DNA from: Eledone cirrhosa
Lineage: Eukaryota
Assembly: GCA_964016885.1 (NCBI GenBank)
Contig: OZ024758.1
Coordinates: 4,836,001-4,900,000 of the forward strand
Direction of reading: 5' to 3'
DNA: 64,000 nt
A program made the translations under genes and the position numbers. Below the pieces are notes generated by a model. That model saw only the letters and a program-made list of their open reading frames with translations, ran no database searches and had not been told where the DNA came from. Positions 40,747-63,581 of this stretch are shown here, in pieces. The number at the start of each line of letters is the position of its first letter. The first letter of the stretch is position 1.

Positions 40747-43362
40747 ATATATATACACAGCCACGGAATTCAAAGATAGGTTTCTTTATTTGCCACAAGG
40801 GAGCACAAGAAACGAACATTACAAAGGATAGACAGATAAGTAGATTAACAGATCGATAGATAAATAAATAAATAAATAAATAAATTACGAAAAAAACTAC
40901 GAGGTGGTGGAGGAGGAGGAAATCAGATAATTCATGACGCCATTTGCAAATCACAGGAGGGGAGAAGGTTAAACCTTCTTGACTACGTTGAGTTGTAATC
41001 TCTGTATCAAGTCCTTTGATCAATCAATGCTCACAAGATTTATATGAAACTACTTAGACTACCGTAGCGATTATATTCATACAACGTTGCTTACGTAAGC
41101 TTAAATGAACGTTTTCGTGTGTTGTTTGATGCAATCATTTAAATGATAGCAAAGCTAAATGATTTTCATTTGGTTTCAATTATTCCTCTTTCATTGCATT
41201 TGCAATTTAGGAATTCATGCTAACATTCATGTTGCGAAGCATTAAATTTATATGAAGAGCTTCTTAATTTTGTAAAGAACTTCAGTACCTACTTGCAAAC
41301 ATTAGTCTCCATAATGGAAGCTTCCAAAAAAAAAAAAAACCTCTTCACTACAACCATTTGATTATTCCTCTGATTATTTTGTGTGTTTTTTTTATCTGTC
41401 TATTTACTAAAGAACCGTAAATTTCTGAATCAATAACAGTGTCAGACTACCAAGTGGTGGGTCGCTAGTTCTTATCTTAGAGACATTAATACTAGTCTGT
41501 GTTTATAGCTAAAGCATTTTTTTTCTTTGGTTGGTCAGAAGAGGAAAGTCTACCACACAATTAATACCTGCCAGTATTCTATCTACTTATTGCCTTTTAT
41601 CTAGTCTAAGTCTAAAGTCTGTATTAATCGATCTAAGGCTCGTTAGGCCGCTGCTTATCTCGGTTACAAGACTGAGAGTGCAAGACTTTTCCCTAGACAG
41701 GAAGCTAGTCCATCTCAGAGTTAAAGCACCAGCTCTCATTTTTTTTTTTTTTTCAACTAAGTATACTGGAGCAAATGAAATGAAGTGTTTTGCACAAGAA
41801 CACAACCCGCAACCCTGTCCAAAAATCGATCCACTACGTTATGATCGTAAGTCCAACACCCTTACCACTAGGCCACGCATCTCCGCCGAGGTTAACTTTG
41901 CCTTTCATCTTTACGGGGTCGATAAAATAAAGTACCAGTAATGCACTGGGAAATTGCTGGCCTTGTGCCAAAAAAGTAGAAGCAATTATCTTTTTATCCT
42001 GACGTCAATAATTGTTTCTACATTTGGCACAAGGCCAGCAATTATCCAGTGTATTACTGGTACTTTATTTTATCGACCTCGTTAACCTCGGCGGGATTTA
42101 TAAGATGTAGGTAGATACGTAGATTCTTTTCTGGAAACATGATGTGTGTGAATGTGCAGATGAGTTGGCAGGCCAACCACGACCACGATAAAGGATGTTC
42201 TTGAAGATGATACCAGATTGGTTGGAAATTCAGACGGTTCTGCTGGACAGAGTGAGCTAGAGGAGGAAAGTCATCATGGCACCGTTGTGTTTACTGTTCA
42301 GTTTAAACTAGAATCCTTGAAGGATATTAACCATCGTCATCAGGGCTGTCAATTGGCAGGGTCGGTAGAGCATCGGACAACATGATTTTCGGTATATAGT
42401 TACGTCCCTTTATGTTCTGAGTTCAAATCCCGCCGAGGTAGAGTGTCGGGCGCCATGCTTTGCAATATAGAGTTACGGCCCTTTTCGTTCTGACTTCAAA
42501 TCCCGCCCAGGTTTGCTTTTCATTTCATTTTTACGGGGTCGAAAAAGTAAAGTACCAGTAATCTACTGTGGTCGATATAAGCGAATCCCTCCACCCCCAC
42601 CAACCACCAAAAGTGTTGACCTTGTGCCTAAATCAAAAACCAGTATTATTATCATCATCATCATAATCATCATCATCATCATCATCGTCTTACGTCCGTT
42701 TCCCTTCTAATGTTTTGTTCATGCTTGCATGGTATGAGCGAATCGTTTCCAGTATAGTATCTCCCTTTCCTTAGTCACCTCCTTTATAAAGTATAGTTCC
42801 TTGGGTGTGGGTGTTGGGGGGGGGGTCTTGGAGTCAACTTTCAACACGTCTGTCACACCTCGTTGATATATTTGACACCAATAACTCCCCCACCACCAGC
42901 CCCAACCATAGCGGTATTATACACCATCCTAATCACCATGGTCAAAACAACCAGCATTATCTCCAGTTAATTCATGTAGTAAATCTGTAACAACGTCGAA
43001 ATTCACATTACTTTTAACAAGTCATTCAACAGATAGGCTGATGATGAAATCACAAAACCTTTCTATTAACAACGAATGCAAGATGACTTGATATTACGTC
43101 GAATGAAAACAATAAAGGAAGCATGTCCCACTGTACAAATTTATTTCATTGAGCATCCAACCAACGACAACCGTTTGTAAAGCTACGATCAATGGTGTAT
43201 ATGTGTTAGTCAATATTAGCTAAGCAGGCGCTTACTTTCTGGTTTTATATAGGAAATATATATTGAAACAAGTCAAGCATATCTTTGTGACTTTTATATA
43301 AAATTCTATAACCCTCTTCGCCCCAGTACCACTCCACTCCCCCCCCTTTTTTCCCTATCTCT

Positions 43363-43450
<88 letters not shown>

Positions 43451-43525
43451 ATACTTTGGGAGGGTCATGTTGCCAATAAGAAACATATATATATATATAT
43501 CGCTATCTCTCTATCTCTCTCTGTC

Positions 43526-43651
<126 letters not shown>

Positions 43652-43969
43652 GTATATATATATATATGTATATATATATATGTATATATATATGTGAATA
43701 TATATATATATATATATATATCTTTCTCCTCGCTTTGTTTCGGAGTAAAATCTCTTTGAGTTGTAGATAAAGCTTTCATAGTTTGATCTGTCGTTACAAT
43801 AACTGATCAATAGGCCGATCAATATAATATCGAGGAGCTCCTCTGACTCAATTGTATTGCATCATATGTTAAGCTATGTCTGTCGTCAGTGAAATATGCT
43901 ACGCCTCAAATTTAGAGAGAAAAAAAACGAAATCAAACTAAATGATGTGCCCACACCTTTGTTTGCTTC

Positions 43970-44008
<39 letters not shown>

Positions 44009-44030
44009 TTATTGTTGATGATGATGATGG

Positions 44031-44062
<32 letters not shown>

Positions 44063-44119
44063 GTCATGATGATGATGATGGTGGTGGTGGTGGTCATGAT
44101 GGTGATCATTATTATTATT

Positions 44120-44370
44120 ATATGGTGGACCAGGTTGAAAGGACTGAAGACAGACACTTTTCTCTTCGGCCAATCCCTCATCAACTTCTTCAAGTTTCAC
44201 CTGGAAAAGAAGGTGAGAGTGGAGAGAGAAGTGCTCCCCCCCCCCAGTACATTTGCTTAAAGGTGGATGAATGTGGCGAGAATGGCCCGTGTGAGTGGGC
44301 GTATTCTGACCATGCGTCTATAGGCCAGCTAATTTGAGGAGGAGAGGGGTGCTCTCCTCGGGTGCCCTAG
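44120..44370 (+). mobile_element. L1/Tx1-like LINE ORF2 C-terminal fragment
   Basis: IWWTRLKG...SLINFFKFHL...RW pattern. Putative 3'UTR ends of a LINE family (ccttgtgg..aataaagaaa) occur at ~25440-25660 (+) and ~40780-40830 (-). Confidence 0.55.
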
Positions 44371-44399
44371 AAATGCAGGCTGTTTCCATTGAGTTTCTG

Positions 44400-44655
44400 A
44401 ATTACACCATCAAGTTTTTAAATTCGCCATATCGACGAACCTTAAAAGAAAAGTACCCCATCATTTTTCTTGGAAAACATATAATGCTCTTCGACTTTAG
44501 AATGACTCTCGTCTGATGATGGAGAAGAAGATACTTCCACACACCCATAAGTCTTAGAATCTGAAATTTTGACAGCTTGTGTCAAGGGTAAAGATGATTT
44601 CGTTCCAAGAAACCCGTTTATCCCAACAGAAGTAGTTTTCCAATTTGCCTTTCAT
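44400..44655 (+). mobile_element. Helitron Pif1-like helicase remnant
   Basis: YTIKFLNS..LKEKYPIIFL..RL*NDSRL..VLESEILTACVKGKDDFVPRNPFIPTEVVFQF aligns by eye with Helitron YP.EFLNS..LKVG.PIMLL..LCNGTRL..IEA.ILTG..KGE.VFIPRIPLIP..LPFQF. Confidence 0.75.
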
Positions 44656-44934
44656 TTGTAATAGAGCAATTTGTTTTTCGCATTACGAATTCTACGTATG
44701 TTTTTTCCAAAGTTTAAAGGTACATAAATGTGTTAATTTTAGTTCAACACAGAAAAATATAAAGAATGTTATAAGACCAATATGTATTGGAGAATGTTAC
44801 TGATTAGAAAAATTATTTATTTATTGTAATTACTTAAATTATTGTTTAGAGTAATTATTTAAATTAGTACAGTAAATTGAAAAGTGAAAAGAAAATGCTT
44901 ATTTTCTTAGAAAATAAAGAATATATTATATGTA

Positions 44935-44989
<55 letters not shown>

Positions 44990-45603
44990 ATAATATATAT
45001 ATATATATATATATAATTATGTATATAATTGTTTCTACTTTAGGCACAAGGCCAGCAATTACCAGTACATTACTGGTACTTTATTTTATCGACCCCGTAA
45101 GGATGAAAGTCAAAGTTAACCTCGGCGGGATTTGAACTCAAACCGTAAAGGGACGAAACTATGCTAGAAAGCATGGCATCCAACCCTCTACCGATACTGC
45201 CAATTCACATACATAGATATATATAGATATATAGATTTTTTTTTTTTGCATATTTTATGCAACAATATTTACAATATTTACAATACAACCAATATTTAGT
45301 AAATCAACATTCCTAGCTCAACTGAAATCCCAAATATGTGATTGTGTTTATTTTAGTTATCAATAAACCCAGGGAAAGACTTAGTAATGCTGAGAATCAA
45401 CAGTAAATTTCTATGGACATGGCATGGAAATATTTATATGGTTGCTCCATTTTCGATAAATATTTACCAAATCTCCCTCAGGTTACAATCTCTCATCTGT
45501 TAAAATATGACAAATCTATTGGACGATGTAGCTACTCTATATAAGAAAGCTAGAAGAGTTGCGAAATCTTAAAGTACAAGGGTCGGCTGAAAAGTTCATA
45601 ACC

Positions 45604-45905
45604 TGTGGTATACAGGTTCCGGCTTCACTGGCAGGCGTTTGTCTTCAATTGTCATTGTGGTATACAGATTCTGGCTTCACTAGTAGACGTCTTCTATTTG
45701 CCATTGAAGTATACAGTTTCCGGCTTCACTAGTAGACGTTTGTCTTCAATTGTCATTGTGGTATACAGATTCTGGCTTTACTAGTAGATGTCTTCTATTG
45801 TCATTGTGGTATACAGATTCTGGCTTCACTAGTAGACGTTTATCTTCTATTGTCATTGTGGTATACAGATTCTGGTTTCAGTGATAAAAGTTTGTCTTCT
45901 ATTTT
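45604..45905. repeat. ~50-bp tandem repeat, 6 units
   Basis: tgtggtatacagattctggcttcactagtagacgt(ttgt)cttc(a/t)attgtcat, in 48-52-bp variants. Confidence 0.85.
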
Positions 45906-46098
45906 CCGGAGGACGGGAGGAGGCAGAAATTTCTGGTGACAGCAAGGATGAAGAAGAAGATGAAGATGGAGCGAGGATGGATGCGAGGAAAGAAAAAAAT
46001 AAAAACAAAAACAAAAACAAAAAGAAAAGATAACTAAATGAAGAAATCAAAAATGGCTGGGATAGTTTGATTGGTTTGTGTGAAGTCTGTGTGACTCC

Positions 46099-46305
46099 CT
46101 TCGGGCTGAGGAGGCTAAACTCCTCAAATACCAGTCGCTCTCCGACAGGTTTGCGGTTGTACCCCTGGCAGTGGAGACTTCTGGTGTCCTCAGACCTAGG
46201 GCTACCTCCCTACTCACCACCATAGGCGCTGAGCTGGCCAGCCGCAGGTGTGAACCCCGCGAGTTGGAGTAGCTTTTCCAGCGCGTCTCCCTTGCCGTCC
46301 TCCGG
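46099..46305 (+). mobile_element. CRE-like non-LTR retrotransposon restriction-like endonuclease C-terminal fragment
   Basis: AEEAKLLKY...FAVVPLAVETSGVL...LFQRVSLAVLR matches AE..K..KY / P.A.ET.G / LFQR.S.A; contains an internal stop. Confidence 0.75.
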
Positions 46306-46719
46306 ATTGGCAGTATCGGTTGAGGGTCGGACGCCATGCCTTGCAGCAAAGAATTACGGCCCTTTATGGTCTGAGTTCAAAGCCCGCCGAGGTTAACTTT
46401 GCCTTTCATCCTTACGGGGTCGATAAAATAAAGTACCAGTAATACACTGGGTTAATTGCTGGCCTTGTGCCAAAAGTAGAAACAATTATCTTCTGTCCCA
46501 GCACTACACATTCAATTTGGTAGCATCTGATTTCTATTTTCTTTCACACTATAACTAGATTGTTATTTCTTAAGCTACAACCTTGCTAGTTAGATAGAGA
46601 TTCCATCTGGGTGTGAGTGTGATGGTGAGGGAGGGGGAGGGGGTGGAGGCTGATGGGTGTGGTGGGTGTTGGCATGAGGAGCAGGTAGAAGGGAAGAAAG
46701 ATAGAAGGGAAGAAAAAAT

Positions 46720-47140
<421 letters not shown>

Positions 47141-47349
47141 AGTAAATAAACATTACCAGAATTCGACAGTAACTGTTTATCAGAATCAAGTTAGAATGTG
47201 ATTCTTTAAGATAAACTAATCATTATATATAAGATTGTGTAGATGTGAACAATAGCAGAGTTGAAGAGATTGGGGATTTATATATGTTGTGATGTAGTTC
47301 AATAGTCGATACCTCAGGTTCTGGGTTCAAATCCAGAAGTGGGCAGAGT

Positions 47350-47740
47350 GCAAACTGTCTTTGAAAGGTCGAGCGGAGGTGGCGAACACTTTCATAGCGT
47401 CCGTCATCTGCTACCGCTTGACTGTCGTGCCTTGTCCCCGTGAATACCTCACCAAGATGGAACGGATGCTCTTCCAGTTCCTGTGGAAGAAGCAGGCTCC
47501 ACTGGTGAGGAGATCCATCTGCTGTCAACACCCTTCCAATGGAGGGCTGGGCATGCTGTGGCTAATGATGCGCTGAGGCTACATCTCCAGGTACTCCTCA
47601 CCGACCAACCGGTGTGGCCACCGTTTGTGAGACAGGCCTTCCCACAACTTGTCTCGCTGACGGAGCTGCAGTCCTGGGTCAAGCGAAAACTGAAGAAGAT
47701 GGGCGCCTGGCACATTGAATGCCCCCAGGCGCTCACAGCA
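47350..47740 (+). mobile_element. L1/Tx1-like LINE ORF2 fragment (post-RT region)
   Basis: LSLKGRAEVANTFIASVICY...FQFLW...VRRSICCQHPSNGGLG matches the LS..GR...S...Y / FLW / GGLG pattern. GC-rich island with a frameshift. Confidence 0.8.
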
Positions 47741-48214
47741 ATCAGTGGCAGAGTCGTTATAACGTCAGATAGAATGCTTTGTGATATTCGTTTCGGCTTT
47801 CTACTCTCTGAAGTAAACTTTACCGTTCATCCATTCAAGGTCGATAAAAAAAGTATCAGTCAAGTACTAAAGTCGATTATTCCTCTCTCTATATACATAC
47901 CTTCCTCACTTCCTTACTATCGTTCACTCTCTATCATTCTCTGAAAGAAATCTGCTGTATTCAGACCTTGAGGGAGATGATTTTCGCCGGGTTTTAAAAA
48001 TTGCCCTAACGCTGTATGTGAATACGGCGTCCCTAAGACTCCCTAGGGAGTTACGGAACTTGAATAGGTATATGAATTTATCCTTTTTCTCTATCTATCA
48101 CGTGGATGACGATAGTTCACTGATGAATATGATGAGAACATGTCTGCTAACGATCAGGCTATTTATTTTACTGCCACTGTCACGTTGTTTATAAAGAATC
48201 TTAACTGAGACCTC

Positions 48215-48350
48215 ATGGCAGTGGAGACTTCTGTTGTCCTTGGCCCTAGGGCTACCTCCCTATTCACCACCATTGGCGCTGAGCTAGCCAGCCGCAGATT
48301 TGAGCCTCGCGAGTTGGAGTGGCTCTTCCAGCGCATCTCCCTTACCATCC
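48215..48350 (+). mobile_element. Second CRE-like endonuclease fragment
   Basis: AVETSVVLGPRATSLFTTIGAELASRRFEPRELEWLFQRISL; close paralog of 46167-46295. Confidence 0.75.
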
Positions 48351-49741
48351 TGCCCACCGGCGCTGTGGGGAGGCCAGCACGTGGGACCCCATTTGCTCAC
48401 CATACGGATTAATAGGCAAAGTTATAAACTATTGTAAATAAAAGGTGAAAGCAGAAAAAAAAATGCAATCTATAGCAAAGATAGTTTCAATATTTGTGTT
48501 TCACTTCTTCTGGGTTTAGTCATTCTTTGGTTGATTCCAGCATTGTTCTGCCACGTTTACCTCTTTTGGAACGAATATAGAATACATTCATTAAATTTAT
48601 TGTATGCAACGCAGCAATTATGTAATTGCCAGAATGAGAGAGAGAGGTGGGCGAATTATTAGGATATCAATTTACTCGTCTATATCACATCACCAATGCA
48701 AACATTAACAGTTCAATAGGAATCACCTATTCGTATTTGTCACTATGATTGCCAAAGGTCAGATTAAATTAATATTAGCTTTTGTGTTAATGTTTACTCT
48801 TCCACTCTTCACCGCATGCGTAATTCTAATTTTCATTAATTGAGATTTCAGGTCTCTCGTATTCACCGACGTCCGATTAAAGCACTTAGTTCATGGTATT
48901 ATCTTCTTACTGTGATGATTAATGAAAAATGTAGGACTCCCTACATTAGATTTAACAGCATTGACTGAACCATTTGTTTACCGTGCGAGTAATTTCACTC
49001 AGTCGTTATCTATAAAATGGTGTGTATGCCATGGTCTTGTAACCCCTGAAGAGGTCGTAAGGACGCCGCATTGACATACGGTGTTTCTTAGACAATTTTA
49101 AAACCCGACGGAGCTTATCTCCGCTCCAAGTCTAAACACAGCAGATTTCTTCCAGAGAAGGATAGAGAGCGAGAATGATACTTGTAGGAAGAGGAAGAAT
49201 CGACCTTGAAAGGATTAAAGGCAAAGTTGAGCTCGGTGAGATTTGGACTCAAGGAGGCGGAACCAATACCACAAAGCATTCTATAAGATGTTCTAACCAC
49301 TCTGCCAATTCTATATAATACGAACCAAAATTTGTCTCTGCAAAGGAAGTGAACATTTTTCAATAACTTTTCCCAGTTTGGCATGGGATTCCAGAATAAC
49401 CCACTATTATATCATGTATACACACTTCGATTACCTGTACAGGCAATATTTATCAGAATGTTGAAGTATGAATATTTTGTGGGGACTTTTTACATTCATT
49501 TCATTTATTGATTTATTGATAATTTATCCGAGTGTCCCGAATCTTCCATATCGCAATTTTTCGGTTGATTGTAGACATATTCTACGTGTGACGGTATTTT
49601 AACGATAGTTATAGCTCTGATTTATTTGAATTATGGAGCCCTCTGCCGCTCATATCGAATTTTGTTTATCGTGAACTCATGCGATTTTTCGATACTCGAT
49701 TATTCTACTATAATATATATATTTAGACAGACACGTTACGG

Positions 49742-49910
49742 CAGGCATGTCAAGCATGCGGCCCTACACAAAGATTTTTACAGCGCGGAGCATGTTTTAT
49801 CTTCGTAATATAAAATGTTTAAAAAAGTTGTAATATGTGCAATTAGTTGTGGTCCTCAGACAACACATGACCCATGTGAGACTCGATGGACCCTCAGTTT
49901 GACATGCCTG
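49742..49910. mobile_element. hAT-type MITE
   Basis: TIRs CAGGCATGTCAA / TTGACATGCCTG with a degenerate 8-bp TSD (cgttacgg/cgttaagt). Similar hAT-like MITEs at ~57983-58169, ~60030-60305 and ~63073-63283. Confidence 0.7.
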
Positions 49911-51439
49911 CGTTAAGTAAAAAAAATATTGTACATACAGATGTACGCCTTGACACGGAGTTTCACGACATAATATATGGTAACGTTTGGTAACTCACGT
50001 GATTCAAGATTTCATATCCACATGACTTCCGTACAAACCGGGATTTTCTGTCTACCTATTACAAAAAACCAGGTAAGCAAAGATCTTTCCCCTCAATCTC
50101 ATATTCAATGTTATAGCAATATCTTACTAATGAATTAAAATATTTGTTCTTTATCCACGTTGCACCAAGTACATATTATTCATGAGATTAATCAGTGTAT
50201 GGAGAGAGAGAGAGAGAGCATCAGCCCTCTATAGATAATTTAGTGTAATTGGTGAGGCAGCTATGCATGTGTGATTTAACTCTTTAGCATTTACATTACT
50301 CTATATTGTAGTTTTGATGTAAACACTGTTACAAAATTCTCTCTCAATCTAGAATCTACAAGATTTTGATATTTATTTTGGGAACTATATCCTAACCCTT
50401 TAACATTCACATTACTCCATATTTACTATTGTTTTTTTTTTTTTCACAAAACAGGTTTTATCTCACATAAATATCAAAAACTTGTATTTTCATGATTACT
50501 TTGAGGACGATACCTTAACATTGGTATAAGCGGCTGGTTACGACTGGTTTGAACAGAAAGCGGCGAGAATTCTGGCCGGGTTAAGCATTTAGTTCATGGT
50601 ATTATCTTCTGTCATTGATTTGGTCTTGGTTTCTACAGCTAGATGTCCTTACTAAACTATTAACATACATTTTCAAATGCTGTAGAAAACGAAGCCATTT
50701 ACCACAGAGCATAGTAGATAATAGATTTCTACAGCATTTGAAAGCAAGACATTTACTACAGAGCATAATAGCTTACTTTCAAATGCTAAAAAAAATAAAA
50801 ATAAAAAAAAAAAAACCCAAGTCATTTACCACAGAACATGGCTTACTTTTTGCAGTTTATACACTCAACAACAACTGGACTACAGTTGAAATAAACAACA
50901 CATTTTTTGATAATATACAATTTATTTTTATACAAAAGAATTAGATGATTGATGATATGATATTCAATACTTGTCTTCTACCTCAGAGATGCCAAGAAAA
51001 AAAAATGTTCAGAAATCAAAGTCGGGGTCACTACTAGACTCAATAAAGAAAATAAACCACCTAAACTAGCGTTTTTATATCTTAGTTCAGCCAAAACTAG
51101 AATGATCAGGACATGGAATTTTGATGTTTCAAGAGTGTGTGTATATATATATACATATACACACACTATGATGAGATGCAGTGAATAAATATTAATTCTA
51201 TAATACTGAACACACACACACATATATATATATAATATAATTGTTTTTCCTTTTGGCACAAGGCCATAATTATCGCAGTGTATTACTGGTACTTTATTTT
51301 ATCGACCCCGTAAGGATGAAAGGCAAAGTTAACCTCGGCGGGATTTGAACTCAGACCATAAAGGGCCGTAACTCTTTGCTGCAAAGCATGGTGTCCGACC
51401 CTCTACCGATACACACACACACATGGTGGGTGGAAAGAA

Positions 51440-51680
51440 ACTCCGTTGAAAATTAAAGGATGTTTAGCAAATTGTAACCACTTGAGACATGAATGACCTT
51501 ATTCATGCAAGATGGAACCCCTCAATTTACAATTACTGTCTGTGAATGGCTTGATGTCCAATTTCTATAATGTTAGCTGGGTCATCTAGGTCCACATGAA
51601 CAGCCAGCAAGAACCTGACAATGGCATGGAATTTGTTTTCTGTGGGGTGGGGTGAAGGAAGACATTGACAGCTCAAAACC
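51440..51680 (+). mobile_element. Decayed Tc1/mariner-type transposase fragment
   Basis: FMQDGTP...VCEWLD.QF...LG..GP...PAR.PD...FLWGWVKE resembles FQQDGAPPH...VR.WL..F..RWIG..GP..WP.RSPDL...FFLWG..K. Confidence 0.65.
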
Positions 51681-52050
51681 TTATATGACTAATGCCTATA
51701 TAAGATTTTAACACTGTACTCTACCTCTGCCATTATACTTCTCAAAATAAAACATTCTATGACAATCCACCAATAAAATTAGAAATCATTAACAATTTTA
51801 AACGGCAAGTCTTTCCACCCACACACAGGCTGACTCAATGCATTTTTGTTGCAAGGTCCACAATTTTTTGAACATCAGCATCAAAATAGAGAAACAGCCA
51901 GTTTTCCAAACAATTTAATATTTTTAAAACTACTTATGTTTTTTTGTATTCATAAAACCATAATGTATGACTAGAATTTTAGTAAATATCATGTGGGATA
52001 TAAATGTTGGACTTCCCCGTTACTTACGACTCATCCTGTGAATATATATA

Positions 52051-52595
52051 CAGGGTGACAAGTCCTTTTTTTGAAGCTCTTAGTTTAGCTGAAGTGTCTT
52101 CGACAGGGAAAACTCGTAGTAGTCAAAAATCAAGGCTGCAAGCTATAAAGAACTCGAGCATGTGGGGAAACATTTGAGCCAAGAATTGTTCAACAGTGGC
52201 CCCTTTCTCTCCCAGCAGGACGGAGCACCTGCCCACAGGACTTTGCAACAATATCTCTGATTTCTTGTCTAAGGAAGAATGACCTCTCTCAAGCCCAGAA
52301 TTCTACCAAATGGACAATACCATTTGATCCATCTTGGAGACCAATGCTTAAGCTAAATCTCATCGTTCAGTATCGGCTTTGAAGAGGTCTCTGCAGCATA
52401 AATGGGATAAAATACCACTAGAAGTCTTGCGTATTGCTGTTGAATCAGTGCCTGTTAAGCTTAAGTTGTAATAAAGAAACAAGTTGGATTTATTGAATAA
52501 TATTTTGGCTGTAACATTGCTGAAAATGTTAAAAACTAGTGTGCAAGCTTTCAAGTAAACTGGTTCAGATTTGGATGAAATACATTGAGTCACCC

Positions 52596-52597
<2 letters not shown>
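52051..52597 (+). mobile_element. Internally deleted Tc1/mariner-superfamily transposon (maT/DD37D-like)
   Basis: TIR CAGGGTGAC...GTCACCCTG with TA on the left. Decayed QQDGAPAH...EE*PLSSPE...MD..I*SILE...H.SV.ALK.SL...WDKIP. Confidence 0.8.
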
Positions 52598-52628
<31 letters not shown>

Positions 52629-54642
52629 ATTATATATACATGCATACCCACACACTGTGTCCTCAAAGAATGTACACATTCTAATAAATAGTGCCTGCAC
52701 AGGTAACCAAAGTGTGTATACATTTTTGTTTGGGGGGGGGGGGGGGCATCCAGTATATATCACATTGTACTTAACATGTAATACGGTAATACCAGTCGAA
52801 TTATTCAAGGTCATCACTAAGTACTCAATGATGCAAGACATGAATTAATTCCTCCACCAGTGTGAATGTGAACACATTAAATTATTTGAGGGAAACACCA
52901 TAACTACTTGTGCCATAAATATTTCCATGACCACTTGTCCATCGTGACTAGAAAAGAGTACCCTACAGGTACCCTTTATGATGCCCTACAATGTATGTAT
53001 GGACTCATAACTCCTGATGGAGTTGTCGTGCAGCCATATTGACATTCAGCATTTCTAGGGCAATTTTCTGAAACCTAGCAGAGCCCACCTCTCCAAATCT
53101 GAACACAGAAAATTATCTTCTAGAGAAGGAGGGAAAGTGAGGAAGAATCAATTCCAGTGCTAGACTGCCTTTCATGCATTTGAGGTCGATAAAGTACCAA
53201 AGGTGATTATGACCCTACAATAAGACTAAATACTCAGAACCAAATAAGGCCATAAAATAATTGGTTAAATGATTATTTCTCATCTTAGACCTTAGACAAT
53301 CTTGTTCCAAGTTCTTTAAACTTTTCAAGCAAAGCAGTTTGACTGAACTAATTATAGAAAGCTAGTAAAACATTCATTTAATATTTATAATATCCACAAC
53401 CATCTAAAACCAATAACTAGGGGCAAACAAAAGGGAAAATTATTATATAATCTTTCAATTTCTATTGAAATCAGTAGAAATGTTAAACAAACAGAATAAG
53501 GGATTTTAAGTTGAATCCTATCACAGTAAAGACCACAGAAAAAGCAGTGATATGTAGGTGTTATTTCACTAAAGGTAATACTAAATATAAACACAACTAA
53601 AGAGCAAATTCCTACAATAAAATTCAAGTATGAAGCCAATGCTGCAGAGGTTATGAGGAAAAAAAAAATGTCTTCAAATGGTGCTCCAGCATGGTCTCAG
53701 CCAGATGACTGGAACAGGTGTAAAAGACTACAGGTACTAACTTCTAATTCTAAATCAAACATGGTCCCTTCCCACCTAGAACAGGAAATGGAAGCTATTC
53801 AACTCACGAAACAACCCAGTCAAGCCCACAAGACATTTACCCACAAAGATTTCCTATCTACTCACAAAAACAGCTCCTTAATCTGGGAATTCAGAACATT
53901 ACACATCATTTAACATCTATTTTTATATTTTATAACCTTCCATAGATTATACACATAAAATTAGACATTACTGATGAAAGCAGCATAAGAGCATGGACAC
54001 TAGAATCACAATAAAACGGGTAGACTTAAATAAAAAAACAACAGCTCTACATAGGAGTTGCATTCTTGTAGCACCAGTTTAACAGCCCCACCAAGATGTA
54101 CCTATGAGATTGTTCTGTCAATTCTGCCTGATTAAATCTTTAAGCAAGCAAATTTTATTTGTTCTTTTAACTAAACAAAAAAACTGTTAGAAATGAATTC
54201 ACTAACTAACAAGAGATCTTCCATACAACCTGACCAGCTGGAAAGAGCAGCCAAAATACCTCCAGTAAAGGCTGAATGGGAAGCTCTCAGCCAGAACATA
54301 TTTGGATCAATGGTATGCTCAATAAAAGCTAACCTAGGTTCACTTTCATAACAGACTATAGGGATCAGTGACTTGTGGCAGTAATGGATTATTAAATGGA
54401 ATTCCATGATTTAATTTTGACATATACATACATATATATATATACACACACCTTGTTTCTACCCATCAGCCTCAACAGTTATCCTATCTCAACAGACATC
54501 AATGTACCAAGAGTTGTTAGAGAAATAAACCTGAAAGCTTTTCAAAGAATCACGAATAAATAAATATAGAAGCAACTTAAGAGAAACATTCAGTGAAATA
54601 CTTGCTACCATAGAGTCTATAAATATGAAAATATATTGTGTA

Positions 54643-54648
54643 TTTATT
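54643..54648 (-). terminator. Candidate polyadenylation signal AATAAA of HSP60
   Basis: AATAAA on the minus strand ~135 nt downstream of the stop. Other AATAAA hexamers exist further downstream, so usage is unverified. Confidence 0.45.
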
Positions 54649-54781
54649 GATAGCATAACTAAGAGCAGTTGGGAACAATTGTATGGTGGGAGGGCAATAA
54701 AAAGTCACACCTCACAAATGTTTTATACAATATGAATCAAATTATGAGAATTAATAGTGAAATGTCTAATTATCTGTATTA

Positions 54782-63581
<8,800 letters not shown>

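Noticed and set aside
42150-42340. Short acidic open frame (KDVLEDDTRLVGNSDGSAGQSELEEE)
   Set aside because: No recognised homology and no clear splice boundaries.
45604-45905. Possible CRISPR-like array
   Set aside because: Whole units repeat with no unique spacers, the context is eukaryotic, and there are no cas genes. The same applies to 24895-25050 and 15250-15390.
49043-49070. CTGAAGA followed by a small hairpin
   Set aside because: No GAAA, stem III or cleavage triplet; it is part of a SINE-associated tail repeat.
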